A DNA stretch of 63,052 bases, counting the filler, from Octopus bimaculoides (lineage: Eukaryota), in NCBI RefSeq assembly GCF_001194135.2. It is 6 parts of 4 records of this genome, joined end to end, with 100 filler letters (N's around TTAATTAATTAA, not from the genome) between each part and the next. Parts side by side here need not be neighbours in the genome. Positions count along the whole stretch, not along the records: positions 40,942 to 59,378 come from NC_068992.1; positions 59,479 to 63,052 come from NC_068982.1; 4 more parts are not named here. One strand, written 5' to 3'. The notes below the pieces were generated by a model, which saw only the letters and a program-made list of their open reading frames with translations, was not told the DNA's origin and ran no database searches. Shown piece by piece: positions 51,010-63,052 of the stretch. The number at the start of each line of letters is the position of its first letter. The stretch's first letter is position 1. The translations under genes and the position numbers were made by a program.

Positions 51010-51450
51010 GCCAGCAGAATTCCTAGCACGCTGGACAAAATTCTTGGTGGCATTTCGCCCATATTCACATTCTGAGTTCAAATTCAGCTGTGGTTGACTT
51101 TGCCTTGCATCCTTTCAGGGTAAATAAATAAATAAATAAATAAAAGGGCAATGGGTTTGATGCGATTGACTAGTCCCCTCCAACAAAATTTCAAACTTTG
51201 CACCTATAGTAGAAAGGATTATTAGTTACGATTTTGAAGTCTTGTGCCTACATTAGAAACAATTGTTAGTATCTCCTAGAGTGATAGACTGGTAGAACCA
51301 TCTCAGTGTTGGACCAAAAAGCCTTGTGGTATTTGTTTTGGTTCTTTGTATTCTGAGTCCAAATCCTGCTAAAGTCAACTGTCTTTCATCTTTCAGAGAT
51401 GATAAAATAAAGTATTGGTCAATGGAGGTGACTAACTCCCTTCCTTCAAC
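51010..51450 (+). mobile_element. Two family-B SINEs in tandem
   Basis: The TTCTGAGT(T/C)CAAAT..GTTGACTTTGCC..CATC.TTTCAG.G core occurs twice. Confidence 0.65.
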
Positions 51451-51518
51451 ACCTCTGGCTTTGTAGCTTAAAAACTATTATTATTAGCATGTCCATATCA
51501 CTGAAGAAGTACAATGAA

Positions 51519-51930
51519 GAATTTAGTAAATAACTTTGTCATCATTAATTGGTGTCTGGAATGTAAATTAACATGAAATTTTGATAAGTTCTAATTTAGA
51601 TCCCTTTATCTCTTTTCTTGCCATATTTCTGTTGAAATGCACTGATTTTTGTGTCAATCAATTTTGAAAATAAAGAATTTGTTAAAATAACTGCTGTTAT
51701 TTAGCTGGTGTCTGGAAGATAAATTAATATGAAATTTCATTAGTAGGTTTTTATTTAGATAACTTAAACAGTTTTGTTGCCATATTTCTGTTGAAATGCT
51801 CTGTTTTGTTTCAATAAATTTTGAAAATAATAAAGAATTTAATAAAATGATTTTGTCATTATTAAGCTGGTACCTGGAACATAAATAATCATGAAATTTC
51901 AATGAAAGGTTTTTATTTAGATCACTTTAA
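51519..51930. repeat. Degenerate ~158-bp tandem repeat, about 2.6 units
   Basis: GAATTT..TAAAATAAC..TGGTGTCTGGAA..ATGAAATTT starts at 51519, 51675 and 51835. Confidence 0.8.
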
Positions 51931-52480
51931 AAAGGCAATTTATATAATTGAATTAGGTGTGGTTTCAGGCAGGTTGGCCTCAGACAGGTTAAACAACAAT
52001 GGTATAGCAAGAGGTTAAATGACTAATCAAGCAATCAGTCATACCAGTCAAGGTGTGATCATCACTACTCACATGACAATCATACCATTGATGGTATGTG
52101 TAATCATTGTTCATTCAGGAGTGACCTGGGGCTAAGCAACAACCTCCAAGTGTAAAAATTCAAACACTGCTTGTCTATAAATAAAGAACACCTCATGCAC
52201 ATGCTAACACAGACGCACATACGATACAGTAAAACAAGGCCAAGAGGGCAAACTGCATCTTTTCCTCCTACTTCAGTCTAAACTTTAATATTTAAATAAT
52301 CTATTTTTAGGACAGCGACCTTGATAAATCTGATCAAGCATAGATTAAACAGAGAAATACTTGACATGGAAATATTTGAAGTTAAAACTGATAGACAGTT
52401 CATTTATTTGTTTAAGCACTGATAAATTAACTGTAAAAAAAAAGCAAAAAACAAAAGGAAACTGTATAATACATAAATAC

Positions 52481-52541
52481 ATGTGTGTATGTATGTATGT
52501 ATGTATGCATGTATGTATGTATGTATGTATGAATGTGTGTG

Positions 52542-52573
<32 letters not shown>

Positions 52574-52765
52574 AATGTGTGTGTATATATGTATGTATGT
52601 ATGTATGTATGAATGTGTGTGTATATATGTATGTATGCATGTATGTATGTATGTATGTATGTATGTATGTATGAATGTGTGTGTATATATGTATGTATGT
52701 ATGTATGTATGAATGTGTGTGTATATATGTATGTATGTACGTATGTATGTATGTATGCATGTATG
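52481..52765. repeat. Compound (TGTA)n microsatellite with a recurring GAATGTGTGTGTATATA unit
   Basis: Directly visible. Confidence 0.95.
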
Positions 52766-53039
52766 TATACAAGGTGTCCATAAATTACCTTTACAAAAAA
52801 AAAAAGTAGGAAAAAAAGAAAATGAAAAATAAGGATAACTCAGCAGAATTTACTGGAAAACATTGGAAATACAGTTTTACCATTGGAAAACTTTCACATG
52901 GGCTCCATTTGTTGGAAAGAAGTTGATTGATGAATCTCAGCTTTAACAGATACGATTAACTATGGAACATATGATCATAATTTATGAACAACCTGCATCT
53001 ATATATATGAATGTGTGTGTGTGTGTGGGGGGGAATGTA

Positions 53040-53600
53040 TATATAGGTTTGCCCCAAAGTTGTAAACATACCTTAAGAGCTGATAACTCATTAAATTTTC
53101 ATTTCTTTTTTAGATTTAACCCTTTAGAAATAATTAAGGGAACAAAACAAAACTTTCAGCAGAGGAAATTTATCCTAAAGTAGTTCTATTAGAAATTTCT
53201 CCTAAAGTAGTTCTCGTGGAAATTTCAAAACAAGCCAAAGAAAGTTTAGGTACAAACAGATCCACCTATGTCACTAGCCATGACTGAAATTACAGATATG
53301 TTTAAAGCAGATGGAACTATTTAAAATGTGCACAATAAATGTTCCATAAGTCATTAACATACCCCCAAAAAAGGGTACTGGAAATATATTGCCAGATTTA
53401 ATGAAAATTTGTGAAGAAAGTGAGTCATGAGACAAAAATTTCAGAATCTAGCATCCTTCATATTTTTAAAGTCTGTCATTGGAAAAATTACATTCCAAGG
53501 ACTGTCCATGCACTCATGGAAGATGATTTGGGATGAAGATTGGAGTTTTGCAAATGATACTTGACAGGATGGTCACTTTCCAACAAAAATTGTTTGGACT
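53040..53600 (+). mobile_element. Decayed Tc1/mariner-superfamily (rosa-like) transposase N-terminal fragment
   Basis: Frameshifted translation gives TDPP....EITDMFKADGT and LKSCHWKNYIPRTVHALMEDDLG*RLEFCK. Confidence 0.6.
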
Positions 53601-53794
53601 TGATCAAGTTATTTCTGGTACTGATTTACAAGACCAAAGAAATTCTGCTGAGGTCTGAGGGGCCTGCACTCTACATGTTAATCCTCTTTGATATCAATGC
53701 TAAGGGGCCCAGTAAACAGTTATGTCCGAGGGCCCTTAGTTCTCTCAGTCTGCCTTTGATCTTCTGTTTTGATTTCTTCCAAGAATTCTGCTAG

Positions 53795-54255
53795 TCTTTT
53801 ACTTGTTTCAGTCACTAGACTGTGGCCATGCTTTTTTACCGAACCGCTAAGTTAGAGGGACGTAAACAAACTAATATAAGTTAAGTAGTGATGGAAGACA
53901 CGCACATACGTGCGTATGTGCGTACCACACATACACTAGCGTAGCTAGAGGGTGGTAGGGCTGGCACTTTTAGGTCTGTTGTAGGCAATATGTGTTTTTT
54001 CTGTGGTCCTGGAGTGGCAAACGGAAGGGCCCCGCCAGGCGGCACACACTTTAGCTACGTTAGTGAATACATACATACGTACATACATACATACATACAT
54101 GTACGATGGGATTCTTTCAGTTTCCGTCTACCAAATCCACTCACAAACCTTTGTTTGGCCAGTACCTATGGCTAAAGAAACTTACTCAAGGCGCCATGCA
54201 GTGAGACTGAACCAGGAATCATGTTGTTGGAAAGCAAACTTCTTAATAGCCACAC
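53795..54255 (-). mobile_element. Family-A SINE carrying a nested MITE in its microsatellite
   Basis: Tail at 53795-53890 and head at 54100-54255. Confidence 0.7.
53934..54065. mobile_element. 132-bp MITE, possibly hAT-type
   Basis: 14-bp TIRs CACTAGCGTAGCTA / TAGCTACGTTAGTG (one mismatch). The flanking 8-mers CACACATA and AATACATA match at 6 of 8 positions. Confidence 0.55.
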
Positions 54256-56279
54256 ATATTTCCATAACAACTGAAATCGGTTCAATGACAACATTCAGTC
54301 TCGATGTACATCTTTTTTTTTTTTTTATTTAACATTCTTTTTACTTTTTCATGCTAGCATGGATTGGCAGGGGATTTGTATGTGGTAATATTTTATGACT
54401 GGCTGCTCTTCCTAACACCAACCCTTTGCTGTTTTTCAAGCGTAGCAGTTCTTTTTATTCCACTCGTTTTCAAAAATGTAGTGACCGGTCGTAATGTCAA
54501 CAAAGAGTTATAAATATTACATAATTGCTTTACTCAGTGAATATACACACGTCTTGTTGTATATTCACTGTTGTAAAAACATGAGCAGGCTGAGATTTCC
54601 AGTGCCTCAACGTTTTGAGAAAGAAATGCTGGGTATGATAGAGATGAATGCATGGTTTATAGGAGTGGACACTTACAAGAGTGGGGCGAGAAAGAGGGAA
54701 AGGGGGTAGGAAAGCCATTTCATTGTCATTTCATTTATATTCATAATTCATTCATTATACGTTTTTATGTACCCCATGTATTGTTTGGTCTGTCCTTGTG
54801 GTGTCCCCTCTTTATAAAGGTCATGAGCCTAAATAAAAGAAAAAGAGAAAAAAAAAAAGGAAGAGATAGAGGGAGATAAAGGAATTTAGAACGCCTTAAG
54901 TGTAGGGGTGACAAGCAGTGCTGTCTTAATGCGTAGGCACACTGATCAGTTACCTAGGAACCGCGACGAACCTAAGAAACCTTACTCTGACCTATGTATG
55001 CTGTAACTTTTTGTCAATGAATGCATTTGGGCCCAGTGCATTGATTTGTCTTGGGGTTCATAATTCTGCTAAGATGGTCCCGGGGATAAGGGGACAGGCA
55101 TCTCTCTCACATACACATGAAGTAAATTGTTCGTTTTCTCCTACCTATTTATAATTGAGATGCAGCGCGGAATTTTGTCAGTGAACAGGTCGCGGTCTCA
55201 AAGCGACGAAATTATTTTGGCAAATTAAATTTAAATGTTTAAGTGAATCTAACAGTTTTTGTGTGTTTTAAATGGCTTATAAACACCTTCCATGCTGCAA
55301 TTATTTATAATTTCCTTTCGATCTTCGTCGATCACCTCGTTTCTTTCCCTTTTTCTATTGATTTGGCTTATTGTCCTGATCTCGTTTCCTACTAATTCTT
55401 TATTAGCCCTCCTTTTGTTAGTAACCTCAGAATCAGTCTTTAAATTTGTAAAACTAAGATGATTATCAATTAATTCAACAATAAAGGATAGTTTTCTTTC
55501 GTAATCTGAATGTTTCTCATCACAATAAGTCAAAAGGATATTAAAATTAGTCAAAATGATAATGAGCTTACTGTAAAAAGTGCTAAGATACACTATAACT
55601 CGTCAGAAAGGGTTAAAAGTGGGATCAGTAAAACAAACATAAGTCAAATGAAATGTTGAAGAACAAGCGTAATCATGTATCGGCCAGACTATCGGATGTT
55701 GTTATACACCGCTGGCTACAATGCGCTTCCAATCCTTTTTTGATTGGGCCATTCTTTTCCATCTTGACCCAAATCATGTGACTGAATCGTCTTCTCATCG
55801 CCGTGGAGGGGTGCATTGGCACGTCAAGAGTGGTGTTGATGAATTTCGGAAAAGACAAAATTTTTTAAAGAACGAACTGTCCTGGCAGCTAACAATTGAC
55901 GCAGGTTGACCAACTCTGATCTAGCAGACCTGTGATCAAAGGATTTTAACCATGACTGTCTTATCTTCTATTTCAGATTTGTATCTTTTAAGACTCCTAG
56001 GAGGTTTGGCTGCTATTTTTAGTAGGCCAAGCGACCATTCAGAGCGCCTTTGCTAGCTCGTCTCCAACTTAGTATTAAGTTGACGGCTGCAAATGGTCAA
56101 ACAAACATAGTGGGAAAAAATGTATATGTCAAAACACGCCTAATTGGATCAATTATTTTGAGGATTTAACAATAAATCTGAAAACCATTCCCATTCTATA
56201 CAATAAAAAGAAGAAAAATGTCTTATTTCTCATCCTATCAATTGATTGTGTTTCTCTTTACTTTATTTTCTTTTTAAGA

Positions 56280-56390
56280 TGACCTCGGCGAGATGGGAAA
56301 AATCCTGTCGAGGTCAACCTTTCCTTTTATCCTTCCGGGGCCGATAAAAATGGAACACCTATCAAGTACTGGGTCAGTGTTCTCGACTGT
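56280..56390 (+). mobile_element. Family-B SINE split by the Tx1 insertion (remainder at about 58268-58330)
   Basis: GAGGTCAACCTTTCCTTTTATCCTTCCGGGGCCGATAAAA core before the insertion, and a tail-like CCCAAATCTGAGGCTTCGTGTCTCTACATTGGAA after it. Confidence 0.6.
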
Positions 56391-58267
56391 CGTTTGATAG
56401 GGTTGGCCACGGATACCTGGCGGCGGTCCTCCTGGCGGCCGGATTTGGTCCGACCTTCCGAGGCTGGATTAAAGCCATGCACGGTGATATCGAATCAATA
56501 GTCCGGGTGAATGGGTTCTTCTCGAACCCCTTCGCGATCGAGCGTTCGGTTCGCCAGGGCTGCCCCCTGTCCCCGGTTCTGTACGTGTTCGCGCTTGAGC
56601 CATTGCTGCGGAAATTGAAGGACGTGGGGGTGGACCCGCATGATCTTTGTTACGGAAGGAATGTGACGGCATACGCGGATGACGTTACCATCACCGTGTC
56701 TGACGAAGGGCGTCTACCTCGCATAAAAGACGCCATCAAAGGATACGAGACGGTGGCGGGAAAAATCAGTCGGCTTGCAACTCGGCACCTGGAGGGGCAA
56801 GTCGATGCCTCCCAACAGCATCGTCGGGCGCTGGACGGAGGGCCCGGTTAAAATGCTCGGGGTCTGGTTTGGACCGGACCTTCAGGTGGAGACGAACTGG
56901 AGTGAGGTGGCGGGTAAGGTGACAGCCATAGCCCAGAAGTGGTCTGGGAGTAGGTTATCCTTGTTGGGAAGGGGGGAGGTTGTGCAGATGATCATAGCAT
57001 CGGTGATAACCTACCACCTAACCGTCGTGCCTTGTCCCGGTTTGTGGTTGAACAAGTTGGAACGGATCCATTTCCACTTTGTGGGGAAGTAAAACTCCAC
57101 TTGTGAGGCGCTCCATCTGTTGCCAGAAACCGTTAAAGGATGGGCTGGTGATGCCCTGGCTGATGATGCGCAAGCACGCGCTGAGGCTGAGGCATCTTCA
57201 GTGCCACCTGGATGGTGAGCAGGTGTGGTCAACGCTTGCCGGACAGGACTTCCCAAAGTGTGAGTCCCTTGTGGACTTAGGAGCATGGATCAGGCGGAGA
57301 CCCAAGACAGGGGAATGGCAGGTGGAGTGCAAACAAGCACTTTCCCTCTTCTCCCGGGTGAGCAATGCTGACAGCAGGGTTACCACAGCGGATATTTATA
57401 AAGGGGTTGGCAGAGCATAAGTCTGACGATGTCCTGGGGAAGACTCTGGGCTTCGATAAGAGGCAGCTAGCCAACCTGTTCGGGAGGACCTTCGGGTCGA
57501 GGTTTCTGGATAACTACCAGAAATCCTTGACTTGGCTGTGCTACCGATCGGCTTTACCGGTTCGGGAAAGGTTGTCAAGGCATGGTTATGACACCTCCCC
57601 CACGTGTCCGAGGTGCGGGCCTGCCAGTGAAACGGTGACGCATGCCTTCGTACACTGTGAGGAACTGAGGGATTTGATAACCTATGCCGAACAGCTGATG
57701 TCGGATACGGAAGGAGTACGACTCTCTACTGAGTCCACGATAAAGATTGCACCGCCTTCTTCTTTCTCCAAAGAAAAGAAGGCAGCATTTCTCTGCGTAG
57801 TAACCACATTGAAAGAAACGGTATGGAAGATGCGAATGGAAGGGATTGCGACAGGGCAGTTCATCTCCAGACGAGGGCTGGTGGATTACTTCACCTCTCA
57901 TCTTGTTTTCAAGATTCGTCTGGAGGGGAGGAACCTGCCGCAAAGAGTGTTCGCAAAAAGATGGAAGGAAATGGTACGAAAGATGAGTATGCAAGGAGCC
58001 GTGCTAACACGGCCGGTCCGAGCATAGAAGAACAGAATTACCAAAAAGAAATCAACCGGCGAGTTAGTGCACTAACCCAAAACCCGAAAGAGACAAAAAA
58101 ATTTTTTAACCTATATTATATTAGATTATTTTACTTCATATCATCTGAATTGTATAAACTCATTTGTATTGAATCATCCGTAAAAGCTTGACTGACTCAT
58201 ATATATGTTCTTGTCTGTCCTTGTTTGTCCCCACTATTTATCTTTGTATTAGGAAAATAAAGAAATA
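56391..58267 (+). mobile_element. 5'-truncated L1/Tx1-clade LINE (RT plus CCHC zinc finger) with a 16-bp target-site duplication
   Basis: SVRQGCPLSPVLY, YADDVT, LSLLGRGEV and TCPRCG...ETVTHAFVHC, with three frameshifts and AATAAA at 58256. The identical 16-mer CAGTGTTCTCGACTGT lies at 56375-56390 and 58268-58283. Confidence 0.92.
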
Positions 58268-58597
58268 CAGTGTTCTCGACTGTATTCTTCCCAAATCTGA
58301 GGCTTCGTGTCTCTACATTGGAACCTTATGTTTCTTGTTTGTCTATCTATTTCATTTATCTAGTCTGCTCACCCTTTTAATCGATCGTATTTCCTATCAA
58401 GTCTGTCTTTGTCCTGTTATCATAAACTTTGTACCACAACCACTTCAAACTAGAACGAAACTGCTCTTAACAAATTTATAATCTCTCTAACTTGATCAAA
58501 CCAACGGAGGAATTTTATTAAAATGACGCATATTCCACGCGATCGTCCCCTGTTTTGACCTTGCTTCTCGAATTGTCAAAAATTAAGAACAGAGGAG

Positions 58598-58761
58598 TGA
58601 CGTCAGAAACAGTCAATAAACTCAAAAGGAGGCAACTGTAGTATAAAAGAACCGTCGACAGTTCTTCAGTTCCATAGCGTAATAAGTCAGACTACAGAGA
58701 AGGTGTTGTCTCACTAAGAAGACCTTTACCCGGCTATTGAACTTCATTGTTTACAGTAAGT
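58598..58761 (+). promoter_or_regulatory. Candidate Pol II promoter and non-coding first exon
   Basis: Perfect CRE TGACGTCA at 58598-58605, TATAAAAG at 58642-58649, Inr-like TCAGTT at 58666-58671, an ATG-free 88-nt segment and then the donor GTAAGT at 58756-58761. Confidence 0.55.
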
Positions 58762-59378
58762 TTATTATGTTTGACAAGAACAGCTTTTATTTCTTCTATA
58801 TTTTATGTCTCTTTACAATGCTTAGTGAGTGTTACATTAATAACTTGGTAAACTTAAAAGTTTTGCCAACAAAACTTTGTAAATTTCATTAACAGTTGGA
58901 AAGTTTTTTCTTTTCGTAACAAGTTTAACATTAATGAAGCTCTTGTTAATAATTAGTTGTTTTGTTACTCTTCGGCAATATTTAATGCAGTAGGCATTAA
59001 AAGAAGCTGACTTTTAAAAAATCCTGTTTATACTAAAGTTTTAACAAATATATAGATGAATATATAGGTGTATATTTTTATAAATACGATTTAAAAAAAA
59101 ATATAATTTTGGCATTAAGTCTCCTGTATATTTAATCTATTTATATTATTGCTTACATTTAATTACTCAACTCCCTGGATGGTATGGATTGAACTGCTCT
59201 AAACACCGTTAAATATTTTGCCTCTGCCCTACCGTTTCTGTTATCTTATCATTTTTTTTAGATATTTGATTCTATATGTAATAAAAAATATTAACATTCG
59301 GGCGAAAGTAAAGGATCTGCACACCGGTGTTTAGGGTTGTTTGTTAATCCGAAAACGGGTGGTGTACTTATTCACCTC

Positions 59379-59478
59379 NNNNNNNNNNNNNNNNNNNNNN
59401 NNNNNNNNNNNNNNNNNNNNNNTTAATTAATTAANNNNNNNNNNNNNNNNNNNNNNNNNNNNNNNNNNNNNNNNNNNN
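59379..59478. other. Assembly linker (44 N + TTAATTAATTAA + 44 N)
   Basis: As at 13218. Confidence 0.97.
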
Positions 59479-59489
59479 TATATATATAT

Positions 59490-59528
<39 letters not shown>

Positions 59529-61181
59529 CCATTTTTCACGCTTATTTAATTCGCATACACAAATAGTCATCGCCCCGACTACTTGTTGAGTTGTTATGCA
59601 CTGTCAGTGATTACATACTTCTTTTGGAAGAACCAAAAATTGCAGTAGATTTGTTCATGGATGATTGCTTATTCTTTCTCTCTTTCTCTCCGTGTAATAA
59701 TCTGACGCTATAAAGATATGTGCGTATGTGTTACTTTGTTCATATTTGTCCGTTTCTGTGTATACATATGAATATCTGTGCGTTTCTGTAAGTTTGCGTG
59801 TGCATGAATGTGTTCACCTGAGCGCAGATATATGTAATGAAATTAAGTTCAAGGTTAATAATTCGCGCTTAACATTAACTTAATAAATGCGTATGCAGAC
59901 GTATATATCTGTTCCAATGTACGTCAGCGAGTGTAAGTATTGAGCTATAAATTCGCATTTAAGTGTGTGTAATTATATTTTGATCCTATAAATCTATATC
60001 GTTCTGAGTGTATCTAAATTTAGTCTTGCCAAGTCACGACTATATGACTGAAAACATTTAGCGTGAGTTAGAATCTACCTTAAAGACACTACGAGACAGA
60101 AACAGGAAAAGAGAAAGCAAATGTGCCGAGTTTTACATAAGTATGTATGTATGCATGTGCATGCGTGCGTCTGTGTATGTGTGTGTGTGTGTGTGTGCAT
60201 GTATGTGCCTATCCATGTATATCTATATATACATAATCATGTATGCTTGCAAAATATGTTATATATATATATATATATATATATATNNNNNNNNNNNNNN
60301 NNNNNNNNNNNNNNNNNNNNNNNNNNNNNNNNNNNNNNNNNNNNNNNNNNNNNNNNNNNNNNNNNNNNNNNNNNNNNNNNNNNNNNNNNNNNNNNNNNNN
60401 NNNNNNNNNNNNNNNNNNNNNNNNNNNNNNNNNNNNNNNNNNNNNNNNNNNNNNNNNNNNNNNNNNNNNNNNNNNNNNNNNNNNNNNNNNNNNNNNNNNN
60501 NNNNNNNNNNNNNNNNNNNNNNNNNNNNNNNNNNNNNNNNNNNNNNNNNNNNNNNNNNNNNNNNNNNNNNNNNNNNNNNNNNNNNNNNNNNNNNNNNNNN
60601 NNNNNNNNNNNNNNNNNNNNNNNNNNNNNNNNNNNNNNNNNNNNNNNNNNNNNNNNNNNNNNNNNNNNNNNNNNNNNNNNNNNNNNNNNNNNNNNNNNNN
60701 NNNNNNNNNNNNNNNNNNNNNNNNNNNNNNNNNNNNNNNNNNNNNNNNNNNNNNNNNNNNNNNNNNNNNNNNNNNNNNNNNNNNNNNNNNNNNNNNNNNN
60801 NNNNNNNNNNNNNNNNNNNNNNNNNNNNNNNNNNNNNNNNNNNNNNNNNNNNNNNNNNNNNNNNNNNNNNNNNNNNNNNNNNNNNNNNNNNNNNNNNNNN
60901 NNNNNNNNNNNNNNNNNNNNNNNNNNNNNNNNNNNNNNNNNNNNNNNNNNNNNNNNNNNNNNNNNNNNNNNNNNNNNNNNNNNNNNNNNNNNNNNNNNNN
61001 NNNNNNNNNNNNNNNNNNNNNNNNNNNNNNNNNNNNNNNNNNNNNNNNNNNNNNNNNNNNNNNNNNNNNNNNNNNNNNNNNNNNNNNNNNNNNNNNNNNN
61101 NNNNNNNNNNNNNNNNNNNNNNNNNNNNNNNNNNNNNNNNNNNNNNNNNNNNNNNNNNNNNNNNGAGAGAGAGAGAGAGAG

Positions 61182-61316
61182 CAGTTTAATTCAAACCCCT
61201 GGGTACGCTGAGTTTCAAGCGTGTTGCTAGTCTTCGGCCATTGGATTCAGACTCCAATGTCCGAAGACTAGCGAAACGCTTGAAACTCAGAGTACCAAGG
61301 AATTTGAATCAAACTG
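61182..61316. repeat. 135-bp hairpin (64-bp arms, about 8 mismatches, 7-nt loop)
   Basis: Base-by-base comparison of 61182-61245 with the reverse complement of 61253-61316. Confidence 0.92.
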
Positions 61317-61405
61317 GCTTGATCCATGCATGTAACTCCCAATAAATTTGTTGAGGGCACTTATTTCATTTGTCTACTCATGTGTGTGTGTATTAACGTT
61401 CTACC

Positions 61406-61448
<43 letters not shown>

Positions 61449-61454
61449 ATTAAC

Positions 61455-61600
61455 GTTCTGAGTTCATATTCCACCGAGGTGGAATTTGCTTTTCATCCTT
61501 TCGGGGTTGATAAAATAAGTATCAGTTGGAATAATGAAGTGGATGTAATCGACTTATCCACTACACCGAAATTGCTCGCCTTGTGTCAAAATTTGAAACG
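61455..61600 (+). mobile_element. Family-B SINE fragment
   Basis: TTCTGAGTTCATATTCCACCGAGGTGGAATTTGCTTTTCATCCTTTCGGGGTTGATAAAATAAGTA. Confidence 0.75.
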
Positions 61601-61901
61601 AATATCATTTTACTTGACTTCATTATTACACACACTTAAACACACACACACAGACACTCACACACACACAGACACAAACGAAAGCTGGTGTTACCAGTGT
61701 ACAGCAACATGATGAGGCCATTGATCAGATGATTTTGAATAAAGAACTCAAAGTCTGACGTTTGAGTTTTATTCAATATGTTTATTAAAGACAATGACTC
61801 TAACGCAACAGATATTCTGTTTCGTCCGCAGGCATATCAGAGAAACTCTCTTATGCGCTTGCGGACAAAACAGATATATCTGGCTGGATTGATTGTATTA
61901 G

Positions 61902-61958
<57 letters not shown>

Positions 61959-62843
61959 ACACATATATGAGTGTATGTATATACATATATTTATGTTGTG
62001 TGTGTATAAAACAGACACGTACCAGTATATATGCAATCATTCACCTTTTCCTCTGTCTCTATCGATATGTCGATATCACTCTCTTTTATGTATGTATGTA
62101 TGTATGTATGCATTTATCTCTCTCTCTCTCTCTTTCACTATATGAGTGTGTGTGCGTGTATAATTGAAGTCTAATTCTTTTTTATATTTTTAGGTTTCAT
62201 ATTATAGGTTTGATAAGCAATTCATTTGGTCAATATATATTATAGTATTGAACTCATTTAATAGAAATTGATCTAAGCTCGTCTTTTTCCTTGTACATTG
62301 TTCGAAGACATTGTTTATGCTTTTGGGGTGATATCGTATTTGTGATGTGATATAGGATGAGAAACAATGTCTCTAGTAGTTTATGTCCGTTGCATTGCCT
62401 GAATGTCCGTTGCATTGCTTGAATGTCCGTTTTGAAATGAGCTCTGTTTTATAAGAATTATTTTGCAAATATAAGTTAATACTAATTGTTTACTTTGATG
62501 TTGTTACTTCTAGTAATAATTTGGGGTAATGAGCAGCATTTATATTTTTAAAGTTGTTTTACATCGCCGAATTGAATGGTCCTGTTCTGGTGTCGAAATC
62601 ATAGTGATATCCGTTTGGCAGTTGACGAAGGGAATACAAATTTGTTACGCTTAATTGTGAAACTCTTAGATCTTAGTCTCGTTATTCTGAGTTGTCTTTC
62701 ATAACTGGAAAGTGAGAAAGTGTTCGAGGATTCATAGTTTGTGACAATCACTTACATTGGTACTGGTTGCATCTTCTTCATAGGTAATCTTATTCGGCTT
62801 AGATAACGCTTAGGTATTGGTGTCTAGTTTTGGGAGGTTCTGT

Positions 62844-62882
<39 letters not shown>

Positions 62883-62976
62883 TATATACTTTTATAAAAC
62901 AAATTTTACAAAATATATAGTATCTGTTAACAGTCTTAGCCAAAAACTCACAGTTGAGTTTTTGTATATATATATG

Positions 62977-63046
62977 TATACATGTCTCTTAAAGGATAGA
63001 GCTCAATGCATTGATTTTGAGCTCTATCCTTTAAGAGACATGTATA
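62977..63046. repeat. Perfect 30-bp inverted repeat with a 10-nt loop, embedded in (TA)n
   Basis: TATACATGTCTCTTAAAGGATAGAGCTCAA-TGCATTGATT-TTGAGCTCTATCCTTTAAGAGACATGTATA. Confidence 0.95.
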
Positions 63047-63052
63047 TATATA

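Noticed and set aside
54560-54860. Possible short 3' fragment of another Tx1-like LINE with an A-rich tail
   Set aside because: Only a short motif (GTCTGTCCTTGT..TGTCCCC) is shared with 58213-58232, and no TSD was found.
55249-55616. Minus-strand ORF near a TTAA-CCCTTT end, possibly a piggyBac C-terminal relic
   Set aside because: No catalytic or Cys-rich motif and no matching second end.
61260-61285. CCGAAGA-CTAGC-GAAACG as a hammerhead
   Set aside because: No stem II and no NUH site.

Overview
AT-rich animal genomic DNA, full of microsatellites, SINEs and N-gaps. The repeat families look like those of a coleoid cephalopod, probably Octopus; this is inferred from repeat style, not from a search. 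Five identical 100-bp linkers (44 N + TTAATTAATTAA + 44 N) show that the window is six separately assembled pieces joined together. Almost all long ORFs in the track come from microsatellites or N-gaps. The only host coding sequence I can support is a terminal exon at 40975-41144 (+), encoding the C-terminal tail of an alpha-arrestin (ARRDC family) with overlapping PSAP and PPxY motifs. A TATA/CRE promoter with a non-coding first exon is likely at about 58.6-58.76 kb. The rest is decayed mobile DNA: a rearranged Penelope-like element (PLE) with ~1-kb inverted arms, RTE, R4/Dong and Tx1/L1 LINE fragments (the Tx1 copy has a perfect 16-bp target-site duplication), Tc1, DD37D, rosa-like and piggyBac remnants, MITEs and at least four SINE types. 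The most interesting signal is a set of about eight minimal type-I hammerhead-ribozyme-like motifs with palindromic stem III. They occur in the Penelope pseudo-LTRs, in a ~320-bp palindrome and in short non-coding elements next to microsatellites, suggesting retrozyme-like or PLE-derived non-autonomous families. All protein and RNA-structure calls were made by eye; none was checked against a database.
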